NCBI GenBank assembly: GCA_035510465.1 | Contig: DATKHC010000021.1 | Coordinates: 66,876-130,875 of the forward strand | Direction: 5' to 3' | Source: Candidatus Saccharimonadales bacterium | GTDB lineage: Bacteria > Patescibacteriota > Saccharimonadia > Saccharimonadales > DATKHC01 | Length of the DNA: 64,000 bases | Shown here: piece by piece, positions 41,353 through 53,387 of the stretch | How positions within the stretch are numbered: position 1 is the stretch's first letter | Layout: each line of letters begins with the position of its first letter | Position numbers and translations under genes: made by a program | The notes under the pieces: generated by a model | Databases searched by the model: none | Told to the model about the DNA's origin: nothing | The model's input: only the letters and a program-made list of their open reading frames with translations

Positions 41353-43230
41353 CTATTGTATCACGGCCTTAATACGCCGTATACCGGCTGAGCTTGACTC
41401 CTCTTTTATGATTTTAAAACGTTTGTTGCCCTCCCCTATTTGACCTGTGTGCTCAACGTGTGGACCCCCGCAAATCTCGCGACTAAAGTGCTTGCCGTCT
41501 GGATCTCCGATTGTATAAACCTTTACCTTGTCACCATATCTATCACCGAAAGCTCCCGCCACACCAGAAGCCAGGGCAGCTTTAGTTGACTCTTCTCTCC
41601 AGCTAACTGGCCAATCCTTATCTATCTGTTCATTTACAATCTGCTCAACCTTCGCTATTTCCTCTGGGGTCATTTTACTAGGATGGGAGAAATCGAAACG
41701 AGTTCGCTCCGGTGTTATATTACTGCCTCGTTGAATTACGTGTTCACCCAAAACCTGTTTAAGAGCTCGGTACATTAGATGGGTAGCCGTGTGGTACTTG
41801 GTGTTAATTGCTGAGTGATCAGCCAGACCGCCTTTAAATTCACCTTTTGTGGCAGTTCGTGACTTCGATCGTTGCTTTTCCATCATCTTGTCAAATTGAG
41901 ATTTCCAACTACCTTCAAGCTGAATGTCTTTTTTGAAAGCTTCTTCCAAACTGAGTTCCGAAGGAAAACCGTAAGTGTCATAGAGTTTGAAGATTACCTC
42001 GCCGGTCAATTTCTTTCCTGCTAACTTATCAAATTCTCTCACGCCAGACCTGAGTGTTTGCCGGAAAATTTTCTCTTCTTTCGATAATACCTCTTCTACG
42101 GTTTTGGCATTTTTCTTGATTTCAGGAAAGTTGTCTTCGTAGATTTTAACAATCACCGGTACCAACTCATTACAAACGCTCTGGTCAATGCCCAGATCAA
42201 AACTATAACGAATCGCCCGGCGAATTAAACGACGCATTACGTAACCTTGTTCCTTATTACTCGGAACAACTTCATCAACCGCCAGAAATGTTGCTGACCT
42301 TAGATGATCGGCAATCACACGCATATTCAAAGTATGGCTTTCGTAATTTTTACCAGATATTTGCTCTAGCTTTGTTATTATTGGTTTTAGCAGACTGATC
42401 TTAAAAATATCTGGGTCATTTATAGCGGCTACAGAAATTCGTTCTAGCCCACCACCAAAATCGACGTTTGGCTCGGGCAGTGATTTAAACCCCTGTTCAG
42501 TGCGTTCATAAGACATAAACACACTATTGGCAATTTCTACAAAACGACCGCAATCGCAGTTCGGGTGACAATGCTTCCCCCATTTTTCATCATGTGGAAT
42601 ACCAAAGTCAAAAAACACTTCTGTGTCTGGTCCACCTGGGTCACCAACTGGTGTAGAAGCTTCGTCACCACCTCTACTCCACCAGTTTTTCTTACCATCG
42701 TAGTAGAAAATTCGGCCGCCGTTCATTCCTTTTTCGTAGCCATCCCTATCAGTACCTATTTCAACTTGTTTGGTGCTGATTTTTTTCTTTTGAAACAACT
42801 GCGTCCATAGCTCGGCTGATTCGCTGTCTTTTGGTATATTGAACTTTTTATTACCTATATAACAAGTTACGTATAAATTGTTCGGGTCTAGGCCAACTAC
42901 ATCAGTTAAGAACTCAAATAGCCACGGAATTTCTTCTTTCTTGAAATAATCACCAAGGCTCCAGTTGCCAAGCATTTCAAAAAACGTCGTATGGCGATTA
43001 TCACCTACCTCTTCAATGTCCTGTGCTCTTAAGCAAGGCTGAGAGTCAACTAAGCGTTTACCCTCTGGATGCTCCTCGCCTAATAGATAAGGTATAAGCG
43101 GTTGCATCCCAGCGGTCGTGAACAACGTGGTCGGGTCATTCTGTGGAACTAGTAAAGCCCGTGGTATCTGCTTATGTCCCCGTTTAATAAAGAAATCAAT
43201 ATAAGCTTGTCTGATTTGTTGAGTTGTCAT
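41353..43230 (-). CDS. alaS: Alanine--tRNA ligase, short form (catalytic plus editing domains, no C-Ala domain)
   Basis: FFIKRGHKQIPRALLVPQNDPTTLFTTAGMQ...RHTTFFEMLGNWSLGDYFK, with editing-site HTATHLM and CGGPHV; 625 aa. Confidence 0.92.
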   Translation of the reverse strand: MTTQQIRQAYIDFFIKRGHKQIPRALLVPQNDPTTLFTTAGMQPLIPYLLGEEHPEGKRLVDSQPCLRAQDIEEVGDNRHTTFFEMLGNWSLGDYFKKEEIPWLFEFLTDVVGLDPNNLYVTCYIGNKKFNIPKDSESAELWTQLFQKKKISTKQVEIGTDRDGYEKGMNGGRIFYYDGKKNWWSRGGDEASTPVGDPGGPDTEVFFDFGIPHDEKWGKHCHPNCDCGRFVEIANSVFMSYERTEQGFKSLPEPNVDFGGGLERISVAAINDPDIFKISLLKPIITKLEQISGKNYESHTLNMRVIADHLRSATFLAVDEVVPSNKEQGYVMRRLIRRAIRYSFDLGIDQSVCNELVPVIVKIYEDNFPEIKKNAKTVEEVLSKEEKIFRQTLRSGVREFDKLAGKKLTGEVIFKLYDTYGFPSELSLEEAFKKDIQLEGSWKSQFDKMMEKQRSKSRTATKGEFKGGLADHSAINTKYHTATHLMYRALKQVLGEHVIQRGSNITPERTRFDFSHPSKMTPEEIAKVEQIVNEQIDKDWPVSWREESTKAALASGVAGAFGDRYGDKVKVYTIGDPDGKHFSREICGGPHVEHTGQIGEGNKRFKIIKEESSSAGIRRIKAVIQ

Positions 43231-43244
43231 TTAGCTTCATTTTA

Positions 43245-44291
43245 TCAGATGACGATGCCACCACCGAGAACTTGATCGCCTTGGTATAAAACTGCTGACT
43301 GACCAGGTGTGATAGCTCTCACTTCACTGTCTAAATCTAGTTTCCAATTATTCCCTGTTTTTTTAATCTTTTTTACTGGAATTAACGGAGCACGGTACCG
43401 GGTTCTAATACTTAAGTTCTTTGGGTAAGGGGACTTGATAGGATCAATCCAGTGGAAGTCTGTCAGATTCAATTGATCACTCCAAAGATCAGAGTCGTTT
43501 AGATTGGTAGTAACGAAGACTTGATTCTTGTTCATATTTTTGGACGTTACGTAATACGGGAGTCCACCTCCCACGTCCAGTCCTTGGCGCTGACCAATCG
43601 TATAGTAAATTGCTCCGCTGTGCTGGCCAACGATTGCGCCGTGCTGATCGATGATATTGCCAGGCTTTGTGTTTACATATTGGGATAAAAATTCTCGAAT
43701 GCCTACTTTACCCACAAAGCATATGCCTTGAGAATCTTTTTTGTCCGCTGTGTGGAGATCCATGGATTTAGCCATGGCCCTAATTTTGGGCTTCGAGTAT
43801 TTCCCAATAGGGAAGATTGTTTTTTTAAGCGCCTTTTTATCTACACGGCAGAGGAAATAGCTTTGGTCTTTGTTAACATCAACCCCGGTCAGTAAATGAT
43901 TATCTGAAACTATGCTATAGTGTCCGGTCGCAATAAAATCAGCGCCTTCACTCAGTGCTGTTTGAAGGAACAGTTTAAACTTAACTTCTTGGTTGCACAT
44001 AATATCCGGATTTGGAGTACGGCCAAGCTTGTACTCAGAAATCATATAATCAACCACTTTTTTTCTATACTGTTTTTGAAAATCATATAGCTTGAGTTTG
44101 ATGCCTAACTTAACTGCTACCCGTTTTGCATCCTGGTAATCCTCCTGCCATGGGCAGTGATGTCCGGGTAAATCCTGGCTCCAGTTCTTCATATAGACCC
44201 CAGTTACCGAGTAACCCTGCTTAATTAACAGAGCTGCTGCAACAGAGCTATCTACTCCGCCACTCATTGCTACGTAAACCGACCTTGACAT
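43245..44291 (-). CDS. mnmA: tRNA-specific 2-thiouridylase
   Basis: VAMSGGVDSSVAA PP-loop, NPDIMCN, and GICFVG with catalytic Cys. Confidence 0.93.
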   Translation of the reverse strand: MSRSVYVAMSGGVDSSVAAALLIKQGYSVTGVYMKNWSQDLPGHHCPWQEDYQDAKRVAVKLGIKLKLYDFQKQYRKKVVDYMISEYKLGRTPNPDIMCNQEVKFKLFLQTALSEGADFIATGHYSIVSDNHLLTGVDVNKDQSYFLCRVDKKALKKTIFPIGKYSKPKIRAMAKSMDLHTADKKDSQGICFVGKVGIREFLSQYVNTKPGNIIDQHGAIVGQHSGAIYYTIGQRQGLDVGGGLPYYVTSKNMNKNQVFVTTNLNDSDLWSDQLNLTDFHWIDPIKSPYPKNLSIRTRYRAPLIPVKKIKKTGNNWKLDLDSEVRAITPGQSAVLYQGDQVLGGGIVI

Positions 44292-44325
44292 AACTGACTA
44301 ATTTTAGCAAGAAATGTCTTTTATC

Positions 44326-45255
44326 CTAAAACGGCTCGTCACCACGGGATAATTTAGTCTTGATCCGTTTTTGTTCATGTCTTTTGCCTAACCAGAACGT
44401 CGTTGGGATAAAGATCAAGATAATTACCCCGATAATCCACAGAAAATACTGTGGTAATTTGGAAACGGTAGTCGTAGTTGTCTTGGAAGGAGTTGAACCT
44501 TTAGCCCCGGTGCCATTACTAGCCTGGGAGGCAGGACCATTGGCTACCCCCACAAGCTGCAGAAAAGCTTCGTTGCCCGCTTGATCGGTCGCACGAATTA
44601 TAATGTTATAGATACCTGATATCTGATAAGCATGGGTTATATTAAATGTCCCGGCACTAGACTGTGATAGAAGTTCTTGGGAAGTTCCATCCCCCCAATC
44701 AACACTAATGGCATAAGGAGGGGCACCACCCGAAATTATGATTGGCCAGACAATCGAATCTCCTGGGTTTGCACCTAGTTTGGCATAGTTACTGGTTAGT
44801 GTGATGTTAGATCCAACATTGGCTGGTTGATAAGTAACAACAACTATATTAGATCCCGGGCCCGCCTGATCCAGGGCATCGTAGTCAATAACCTGAAGAG
44901 AGTTCTGGTCATTAAACAAACCAGTAGTAATGGAGTAGCTGCCGTTCGTACACTGTGCTGCTCCACTGAAAATACCGTTTATATAAAGTTTGATCAGTAG
45001 CCCGCTTGGGCATATACCTTGAACCACAATTGGCTCCTTGGTAAAAACCTGTCCATTGGTTGGCGAGGAGATGGTTGCCGCAGTGGAAGGGGGGGGTGAT
45101 GGAATTGTGCCGGTTAAACCAACCGAACCACTACCTGAGAGAGTTGAAGCCGACGCTCTTGAAACTACAACCGCAAAAACAGCCAATATAACTAGTCCCA
45201 ATAGCAACCGTATAAACAACTTGCGTCTAGAAGTGTTTGTTTGGTCGTGCGTCAT
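44326..45255 (-). CDS. Surface protein with PKD-like domain and C-terminal TM anchor
   Basis: Signal/TM, Ig-like region, then ISVDWGDGTSQ...HAYQISGIYNIIIRATDQAGN (PKD motif WGDG...H.Y...G.Y). A T-rich stalk and a C-terminal TM follow. Confidence 0.7.
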   Translation of the reverse strand: MTHDQTNTSRRKLFIRLLLGLVILAVFAVVVSRASASTLSGSGSVGLTGTIPSPPPSTAATISSPTNGQVFTKEPIVVQGICPSGLLIKLYINGIFSGAAQCTNGSYSITTGLFNDQNSLQVIDYDALDQAGPGSNIVVVTYQPANVGSNITLTSNYAKLGANPGDSIVWPIIISGGAPPYAISVDWGDGTSQELLSQSSAGTFNITHAYQISGIYNIIIRATDQAGNEAFLQLVGVANGPASQASNGTGAKGSTPSKTTTTTVSKLPQYFLWIIGVIILIFIPTTFWLGKRHEQKRIKTKLSRGDEPF

Positions 45256-45322
45256 GCTTACGTTTAGTCTATGACTAAGGTTGCGACTGTTGCAAGTACT
45301 TAAAACCCACCCGGGTATTAAC

Positions 45323-46348
45323 CTATAACCTTGGCCTTTTTTTTAGTTTTATTTTTTTGACATGGATGTTCTTTATCTTTTTCGTAATCCAGTAAATTAA
45401 GAAGATAATTATCGCGATCGCAACAACCGCGGTGATAATAAACCAAGTCGGTAGGTACCAGAAGTTGGCTTTGGCGACTATTAGATTACTCTGGCTATTG
45501 CCGTAACTTATGCTAGCGGTAATAGTATATCTACCAAGCCAATGGTATTTGGGCAAGCCTAGGGTAAACTTGCGAGTGCTGCCCTCAAGTATACTTTCTC
45601 TCGGACTAGTATTATTGAATTGTTGAACGTTGATTATATGCCGATCCATATTAGATACTTGTACAGTCCCATAAGGTTGTGCGTAAATATTGCCTTCATT
45701 CTCCAGCCTCATTAGTACGCTAAGGTTACCGTGGACAAAAAGGCCGTTAGCCTGGCCGTTCTGGGCTGCACTGAGCTGGATTAAGGATAGCCTCTCAATT
45801 AAGTTACCTGGTACAGTTAGTAGAACTAAGCTTCCAACGCTAGCCGTTAAACCTACGACGCCTTTATTCGTACTACTAAAGACAGGCACGAACCTAATTG
45901 CTCCGTAATATCCACCAGAGTTCGCATCCCTAGGGACAGATATCGTAAAGTTCAGTGTTTGCTGTCCCCCAGGAGGAATTGTTAAATTGGATAAGCCACT
46001 AACTAAACTTGAGAAGTCGTTGGCTGGCTTGGGTGTTTTTGGACTAACTATAAGTGCAGCTGCACCAGATTCGCCAGCGGCTACAAAATCATCCGCTTGT
46101 GGTGCTGCGGTTAAGGTTGCTCCCGTTGGATTGCCGACATTTATCGAGAATGACGTTGTTTGACCTTTATCAACCGTTATATACGAGACAAGCGGGGAAA
46201 TACTAAAACCGTTGGCAGTGCTCCCAGCTGCGCTGGTAATACCCAAGAAGTTACTTGCAAAGCTGATTGGTAGTGCCACGAAGAGGATTGACAGAGCTCT
46301 GTAGTTTTTTTGGTAAAAACCAACCATCGTTTTATATTTTCCTCTCAT
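45323..46348 (-). CDS. DUF916/DUF3324-like cell-surface protein (WxL-locus type) with C-terminal TM anchor
   Basis: Signal peptide, two beta-rich domains (FSISPLVSYITVDKGQTTSFSINVGNPTG; GGYYGAIRFVP), a C-terminal TM and a KKIK tail. The architecture matches Firmicutes DUF916/DUF3324 proteins. Confidence 0.5.
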   Translation of the reverse strand: MRGKYKTMVGFYQKNYRALSILFVALPISFASNFLGITSAAGSTANGFSISPLVSYITVDKGQTTSFSINVGNPTGATLTAAPQADDFVAAGESGAAALIVSPKTPKPANDFSSLVSGLSNLTIPPGGQQTLNFTISVPRDANSGGYYGAIRFVPVFSSTNKGVVGLTASVGSLVLLTVPGNLIERLSLIQLSAAQNGQANGLFVHGNLSVLMRLENEGNIYAQPYGTVQVSNMDRHIINVQQFNNTSPRESILEGSTRKFTLGLPKYHWLGRYTITASISYGNSQSNLIVAKANFWYLPTWFIITAVVAIAIIIFLIYWITKKIKNIHVKKIKLKKRPRL

Positions 46349-46380
46349 AGAACAATCTTAAACAATCTTATCATAAAGGG

Positions 46381-47472
46381 CTAGAAGTTGGCCAAACAAA
46401 TATAAGTCATGGTTGTCGCATATACCCCGAGCGCGCTAGTTGGACTAATATTAACGATGTACGAGACGGTAAACTTTTGGTAACCAGATGGTTGGGATGA
46501 GCTAATCAGATTATTACCTGAGTTAAAGGAGTAACGGTTGGTGATTGCGTAGTTAGCGGTTGGTGCACCAGTCCCACTGCCAGCCACGCCTGAGCCAACA
46601 TGCGGCTGGTTGTTGTCTTCTAGGTTCACGCCAAATTGACTCTGGCCGGTTAATGAGCTAGTGGGAGTCTGCAAAGAATTAATGGCGTTGTTACCAGAGG
46701 TCATCGTAAAACCATAGATACTCGTTGTAAAACCACTTGGTGAGTTAGTTGCAGTTACTAACTGCGAGGTAGCTGCACTGGTGTTGCTAACGTCAAAATC
46801 TCCAAAATTAATTTGATCTCCTGTAGCATTATTACAATTCAAGTTTGAAATAGTAACTGCTGCACAAAACAGTAGATAGGGAGGAACGACCGAACTTACG
46901 TTATAACCAGTAGCTGGTAAAATCGCAATAGCATCGCCACCATAATCTATATCGGGTAAACTTGTATCAAAGGTGCCAAAAGTTTGAAACCTCAAGTAAT
47001 AGGTACCGGCCACCCCTGGGTTAGTTACATTAGTAAACTCGTAGGTACTTCTTTGTCCTAAAATCGGCGGGTTAAGACACTGCGCTCCTACAGCAGTACA
47101 ATGAAGAATTATTTTACCACCAGTGTGTGAGAAAACTGTGAACCCCGTATTTCCAGTTTGATTTGCTAGTGAGAAAGAGGGGCCAGAAATATCGAAGTTT
47201 GCAGGGGGAGCCGTGCAAGGATCACCAATAAGCGGGCTTTCCTGGCAAAATTGTATCTCTATTGCAGCAACTGGGGTAGTGATGTTGGCGTATTGAAAAC
47301 CTATAGTGTGAGTTGCTACTGCATTGGCTGTTGCACTAGATATTGCATCCCCTCTATCTGGCAATTCCCCTGCATAGCTCTTAGATATATTGATTGTTAT
47401 AAAGATTGAGCACACCATCAGGCAAAGACTAACTATTAGTAGCCAGTTTCTATTTTTTTTGTAATGGTACAT
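46381..47472 (-). CDS. Secreted surface protein, paralog family A (WxL/SCPU/DUF4402-like beta-sandwich)
   Basis: Signal peptide. It shares QFGVNL and C-terminal G.Y(A/T)T..T(Y/F)....(Y/F)-end motifs with 47494..48831 and 48951..49730. Confidence 0.6.
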   Translation of the reverse strand: MYHYKKNRNWLLIVSLCLMVCSIFITINISKSYAGELPDRGDAISSATANAVATHTIGFQYANITTPVAAIEIQFCQESPLIGDPCTAPPANFDISGPSFSLANQTGNTGFTVFSHTGGKIILHCTAVGAQCLNPPILGQRSTYEFTNVTNPGVAGTYYLRFQTFGTFDTSLPDIDYGGDAIAILPATGYNVSSVVPPYLLFCAAVTISNLNCNNATGDQINFGDFDVSNTSAATSQLVTATNSPSGFTTSIYGFTMTSGNNAINSLQTPTSSLTGQSQFGVNLEDNNQPHVGSGVAGSGTGAPTANYAITNRYSFNSGNNLISSSQPSGYQKFTVSYIVNISPTSALGVYATTMTYICLANF

Positions 47473-47493
47473 TTACAGTACCGATTTTAGCGG

Positions 47494-48831
47494 TTAATAA
47501 GTAGCGTTGGCAATAAACGTAAGCCCAGTAGTGTAAATACCTGCTGGTGTGGTAGGTGAGATGTTAGCTGCAAAAGCTATCTGGCCTCCGTTAGCATTGC
47601 CTGTACTCGTAGAAAGAACTTCACTAACCCCAGTTGATGAGTTAGAAACGTCAAAGCCAAACGTCGCTCCACCGTCACCGTTCGAACCCTCGGTAGTAGT
47701 GGTATAGGTGCTGCAGCCGTTGTAGGGAGCTATCAGTGTAAACCCACTGCCGCCGTCTTGATTAGCGCAGAAGCCAAACTGTGTAACCGCATATGTACTT
47801 ACAGTGTAGGCCGTACCTGCAGTTGAACCCGTACCAGAATTAACTGAACTCTCGATACAACCGGTGGTTGACGAGGTGCAGGTTGACCCACTTGTCTCCA
47901 AGGGCGTGCCATAAACCCACATAGTCACACCGTGAACAGCATTTGAAGTTAAATCAAACTTGGTCGAATTATCCACGTAGTTATTCGCTGTGCTAAGAGT
48001 GTCTTTTTGAGTACCGCAAGTCGTCAATCCTGCCGTTACAGCTTCACCGCTACCTAGACAGACTTCGGATCCACTTACCCCGCCACCACATTCATAAGAA
48101 TCTGATGAATCCATACCGGCAGTAGACGATATATACATGCAGAAAAACAATTGTTCCTGAACTTTGGACTGAACTGTTATCACCTGGACTATTGCCATAG
48201 CAACTCCCCCAGCGTCAATTAGACCAGTGTTAGCCCCGGTAGCTGAGTAAGAGTTGGCATGTCCGGCGGTATCGAAAGTATATATGCGGCCATAAAAAGT
48301 TCCAATTGTGGTGGGGTTAGTAACATTACTGATCGTAAAGGTTATAGGAGTGGTGCCACCTGTTTCGGTTTGGCCACCAGGCCCTCCCACATAACTATTG
48401 GTCAGAGTCAAGGTACTATCATTCGTCCCACTGGTGGCCGGTACCCACGCATCGGTGGTATGAGTGATGCCTCCGGGAACTGAGACAGTTGGCGATGCAC
48501 CCATATTTGGGACATTTCCAGACGAATTTGAGCAAGTGTCGCCAATAATAGGGTCGTTAGAGCAAAAGTCAATCACTATACCGTCTACTGGATCGGCAGG
48601 CGTGGCGGGTCTGAAACTAACTGAGTAAGTAGTGGTTGTGTTGCCTTCCAGGGAAGTGGATATACCGATTGTTCGATAAGTGACTAGTGCGTAGGACGCA
48701 AAGGCGTTGCCATTAAATAAAACCGGTAGTGCTATTGCGGACAAGAGGAACAGAATAACCAAGCCGTATAACTTGCGTTTTGCCGACGAAGCGCTAAATC
48801 GTCTGTTCTTTCGGTGATACCTTATAAACAT
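47494..48831 (-). CDS. Secreted surface protein, paralog family A
   Basis: Signal peptide; G/S/T-rich; C-terminal GIYTTGLTFIANATY. Confidence 0.6.
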   Translation of the reverse strand: MFIRYHRKNRRFSASSAKRKLYGLVILFLLSAIALPVLFNGNAFASYALVTYRTIGISTSLEGNTTTTYSVSFRPATPADPVDGIVIDFCSNDPIIGDTCSNSSGNVPNMGASPTVSVPGGITHTTDAWVPATSGTNDSTLTLTNSYVGGPGGQTETGGTTPITFTISNVTNPTTIGTFYGRIYTFDTAGHANSYSATGANTGLIDAGGVAMAIVQVITVQSKVQEQLFFCMYISSTAGMDSSDSYECGGGVSGSEVCLGSGEAVTAGLTTCGTQKDTLSTANNYVDNSTKFDLTSNAVHGVTMWVYGTPLETSGSTCTSSTTGCIESSVNSGTGSTAGTAYTVSTYAVTQFGFCANQDGGSGFTLIAPYNGCSTYTTTTEGSNGDGGATFGFDVSNSSTGVSEVLSTSTGNANGGQIAFAANISPTTPAGIYTTGLTFIANATY

Positions 48832-48950
48832 ATGTTCTTTGTGCTATTTTTTAGTTTTTGGAATGTACATTAGGTAATCTACCAAATATGAATTGTAAAC
48901 GCAAGCTTTTTTCCACCAAGTTTTATTTGAGTGTTAAATACTTCACCTAA

Positions 48951-49730
48951 TCAATACGTAGGTGTCGCAACTAATACCTGGTTGAATGTATATTGACCTG
49001 CGATAGTTAGTGGTTGGACATTGAAGATATAAGAAATTGTATAAACGGTGGAGCTGGTACTGGAACTAGCACTAGCTATTGTATCTCCCTGATTATAGTA
49101 AAAGTCGCAGGCCGTATCATAATTTCCAGTTGGGGTACCGTGAGCGAATAAACTGTTATAAGAAATGTTTGCCCCTATGGTCCCAGATAGAGAACTTGTG
49201 CAACTATTGTTTTGTACTAGGTTCATACCGAATTGTTCTACCCCTACCGTTGAAGTATGCGGGGAACCATTTGTGGCCATCACGTTACCCCCATCGCTGG
49301 TGGGGGGTGGAGACACAGTAGTAACTGTATAGCCACTAGCCTGCCATGCCCTAACATAGAAAGAAGTAGTGGTATATGCCGTTGAAGTACTACTAAGATA
49401 ACCATGGGTGCCCAAAGTAACCGTTGTGGGGGTGGTGGTTACAACCATCTCCAAAAACGGCTGAGAAGTAGTATTAAAGCCAGCATAGGCTTCGTAATCA
49501 GCGCTACTAGTGTTACCAATACCCAGATCGCCGACCGTAGCTGTAGCTGAGTAATCCGCTGATGAGCAATTTATGTTTGAATTGGTGGCACAGGCACCGG
49601 CCCCTAAAGTAGTTTGGGTAACCTCATAGTGGGCTGATGAGGAAGTTTGCGTAGCCCAGACCTGAACAGGCAACATTAAGACCGTCACCAGGAATAAACT
49701 TAATATTCTTAATTTTTTTGTTAAACTCAT
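48951..49730 (-). CDS. Secreted surface protein, paralog family A (shortest member)
   Basis: Signal peptide MSLTKKLRILSLFLVTVLMLPVQVWA; EQFGMNL; C-terminal GQYTFNQVLVATPTY. Confidence 0.6.
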   Translation of the reverse strand: MSLTKKLRILSLFLVTVLMLPVQVWATQTSSSAHYEVTQTTLGAGACATNSNINCSSADYSATATVGDLGIGNTSSADYEAYAGFNTTSQPFLEMVVTTTPTTVTLGTHGYLSSTSTAYTTTSFYVRAWQASGYTVTTVSPPPTSDGGNVMATNGSPHTSTVGVEQFGMNLVQNNSCTSSLSGTIGANISYNSLFAHGTPTGNYDTACDFYYNQGDTIASASSSTSSTVYTISYIFNVQPLTIAGQYTFNQVLVATPTY

Positions 49731-49845
49731 CTTCTATATATTAATACTTTGTCCTAGATTTGCTAAGAAACAATCTGTTTATGCTTTACCTCAAACTACT
49801 GTAGAATAAAAATCAAGTTAAGATAATGCTTAAACGGTAAAATTA

Positions 49846-50844
49846 ATGGACCCTAAACAAAACGATGATTCGGACTCTTTAGAAAATGAAGAGCCTGAAC
49901 AAAAAGCACCGGATCAACCTCAGCCGGAAAACGTACCTCAAACATCAACTGAGCCACGCAATAAATCCGAACCTGCTCCAAAAAAAGAAAAAACAAAGGA
50001 TAAATCAAACCGCCGTGGCATTTTTAAACGAATTTTCGATTTCGTCAGACGACTAGATATTTATATATTAATCTTTGCCCTTATATTAATGGTCGGGTTA
50101 ATCACGACCGTTCTGGCTATCCAACGCAATCAGTCATCTAAAAAAACTGGTAACATCGCATCACAAAACTTAAACCAATCAACTCTTTCTCAGCTAAACA
50201 GCAACGATACTAACGTTGGCGGAACTCAACAGACCCTTGACGTTCAATCTGACACGATATTTAACGGCACCGTTCTAGTTAAAAACAGTTTAAATGTTGC
50301 AGGTCAACTTAAAATTGGCGGTAGCTTAAATCTACCTGGAATTACGGTTGCAGGTACTACTGATCTTGATCAGGTGAGTGCTAACAGCCTAGTCATTAAT
50401 GGCGCTGAAACAATAAAAGGTACCTTGACCGTAAACGGCGGTGCCTCTTTCGGGGGCAGCGTATCTGTTCCACAACTTGATGTCTCAAACTTGCAGCTGA
50501 CCGGCGATATCGTCATTACCCATCACATAACAGTAGCTTCTGGTCTGCCAGTAGATAGCGGTAGTGGATTGGGTAGCGGTGGAACCACTACAATTACCGG
50601 AGGTGATACAGCTGGAACTGTCAACATTAATACAGGCTCAGGATCTGGTTCGGGCTGTATGTCTAATATAACTTTTTCCCAAAGTTATGCCACCGTGCCA
50701 CATGTGGTTATTTCTCCAGCTAGTTATGACGCGGCTAGTACAAGCTATTATGTTAGTGCCAGTAAGACTGGCTTCAGTGTATGTTTCTCCAGCGGGCCAG
50801 GTGATGGGAAATCCATGGCTTTTGCTTATGTAACAATAGACTAA
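49846..50844 (+). CDS. Membrane-anchored protein with disordered acidic/proline N-terminus and beta-helix-like repeats
   Basis: One TM (IYILIFALILMVGLITTVLAI), then repeated short beta-strand motifs (VLVKNSLNVAGQLKIGGSLNLPG..., TLTVNGGASFGGSVSV). I recognise no family. Confidence 0.5.
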   Translation: MDPKQNDDSDSLENEEPEQKAPDQPQPENVPQTSTEPRNKSEPAPKKEKTKDKSNRRGIFKRIFDFVRRLDIYILIFALILMVGLITTVLAIQRNQSSKKTGNIASQNLNQSTLSQLNSNDTNVGGTQQTLDVQSDTIFNGTVLVKNSLNVAGQLKIGGSLNLPGITVAGTTDLDQVSANSLVINGAETIKGTLTVNGGASFGGSVSVPQLDVSNLQLTGDIVITHHITVASGLPVDSGSGLGSGGTTTITGGDTAGTVNINTGSGSGSGCMSNITFSQSYATVPHVVISPASYDAASTSYYVSASKTGFSVCFSSGPGDGKSMAFAYVTID

Positions 50845-51164
50845 ATACCGAGGTATACAACTACCCTATTATTACTAACCCTCATAATGCCCTTTTCGGC
50901 TGGGATTTTCTGCTCACCGGTCTTGCTTCGGATCACTACGTCTCCTTCACTTAGTAGCGTTATAAATTTATGGTGACTGGGTAGAATATCAAACGGTCCG
51001 GTTGCATTTACTGCTGAGATGCTGGTAGCACTGCCATCAAAGAAAGTCTTAAAAGGACTATAGACCTTGACCTGAATGTTATCAGTCTGAGCGGGCTGAG
51101 TCGTCGAATTGGCTTTTTCCCTAGCTTTTGCCTTTGCTAGTAGCTCATCTGATTCACTGCTCAT
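50841..51164 (-). CDS. atpC: F1 ATP synthase epsilon subunit (beta-sandwich only, with N-terminal extension)
   Basis: Last gene of the atp operon. VKVYSPFKTFFDGSATSISAVNATGPFDILPSHHKFITLL matches the epsilon N-domain. Confidence 0.75.
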   Translation of the reverse strand: MSSESDELLAKAKAREKANSTTQPAQTDNIQVKVYSPFKTFFDGSATSISAVNATGPFDILPSHHKFITLLSEGDVVIRSKTGEQKIPAEKGIMRVSNNRVVVYLGI

Positions 51165-51172
51165 CTGTTCCT

Positions 51173-53385
<2,213 letters not shown>

Positions 53386-53387
53386 AG

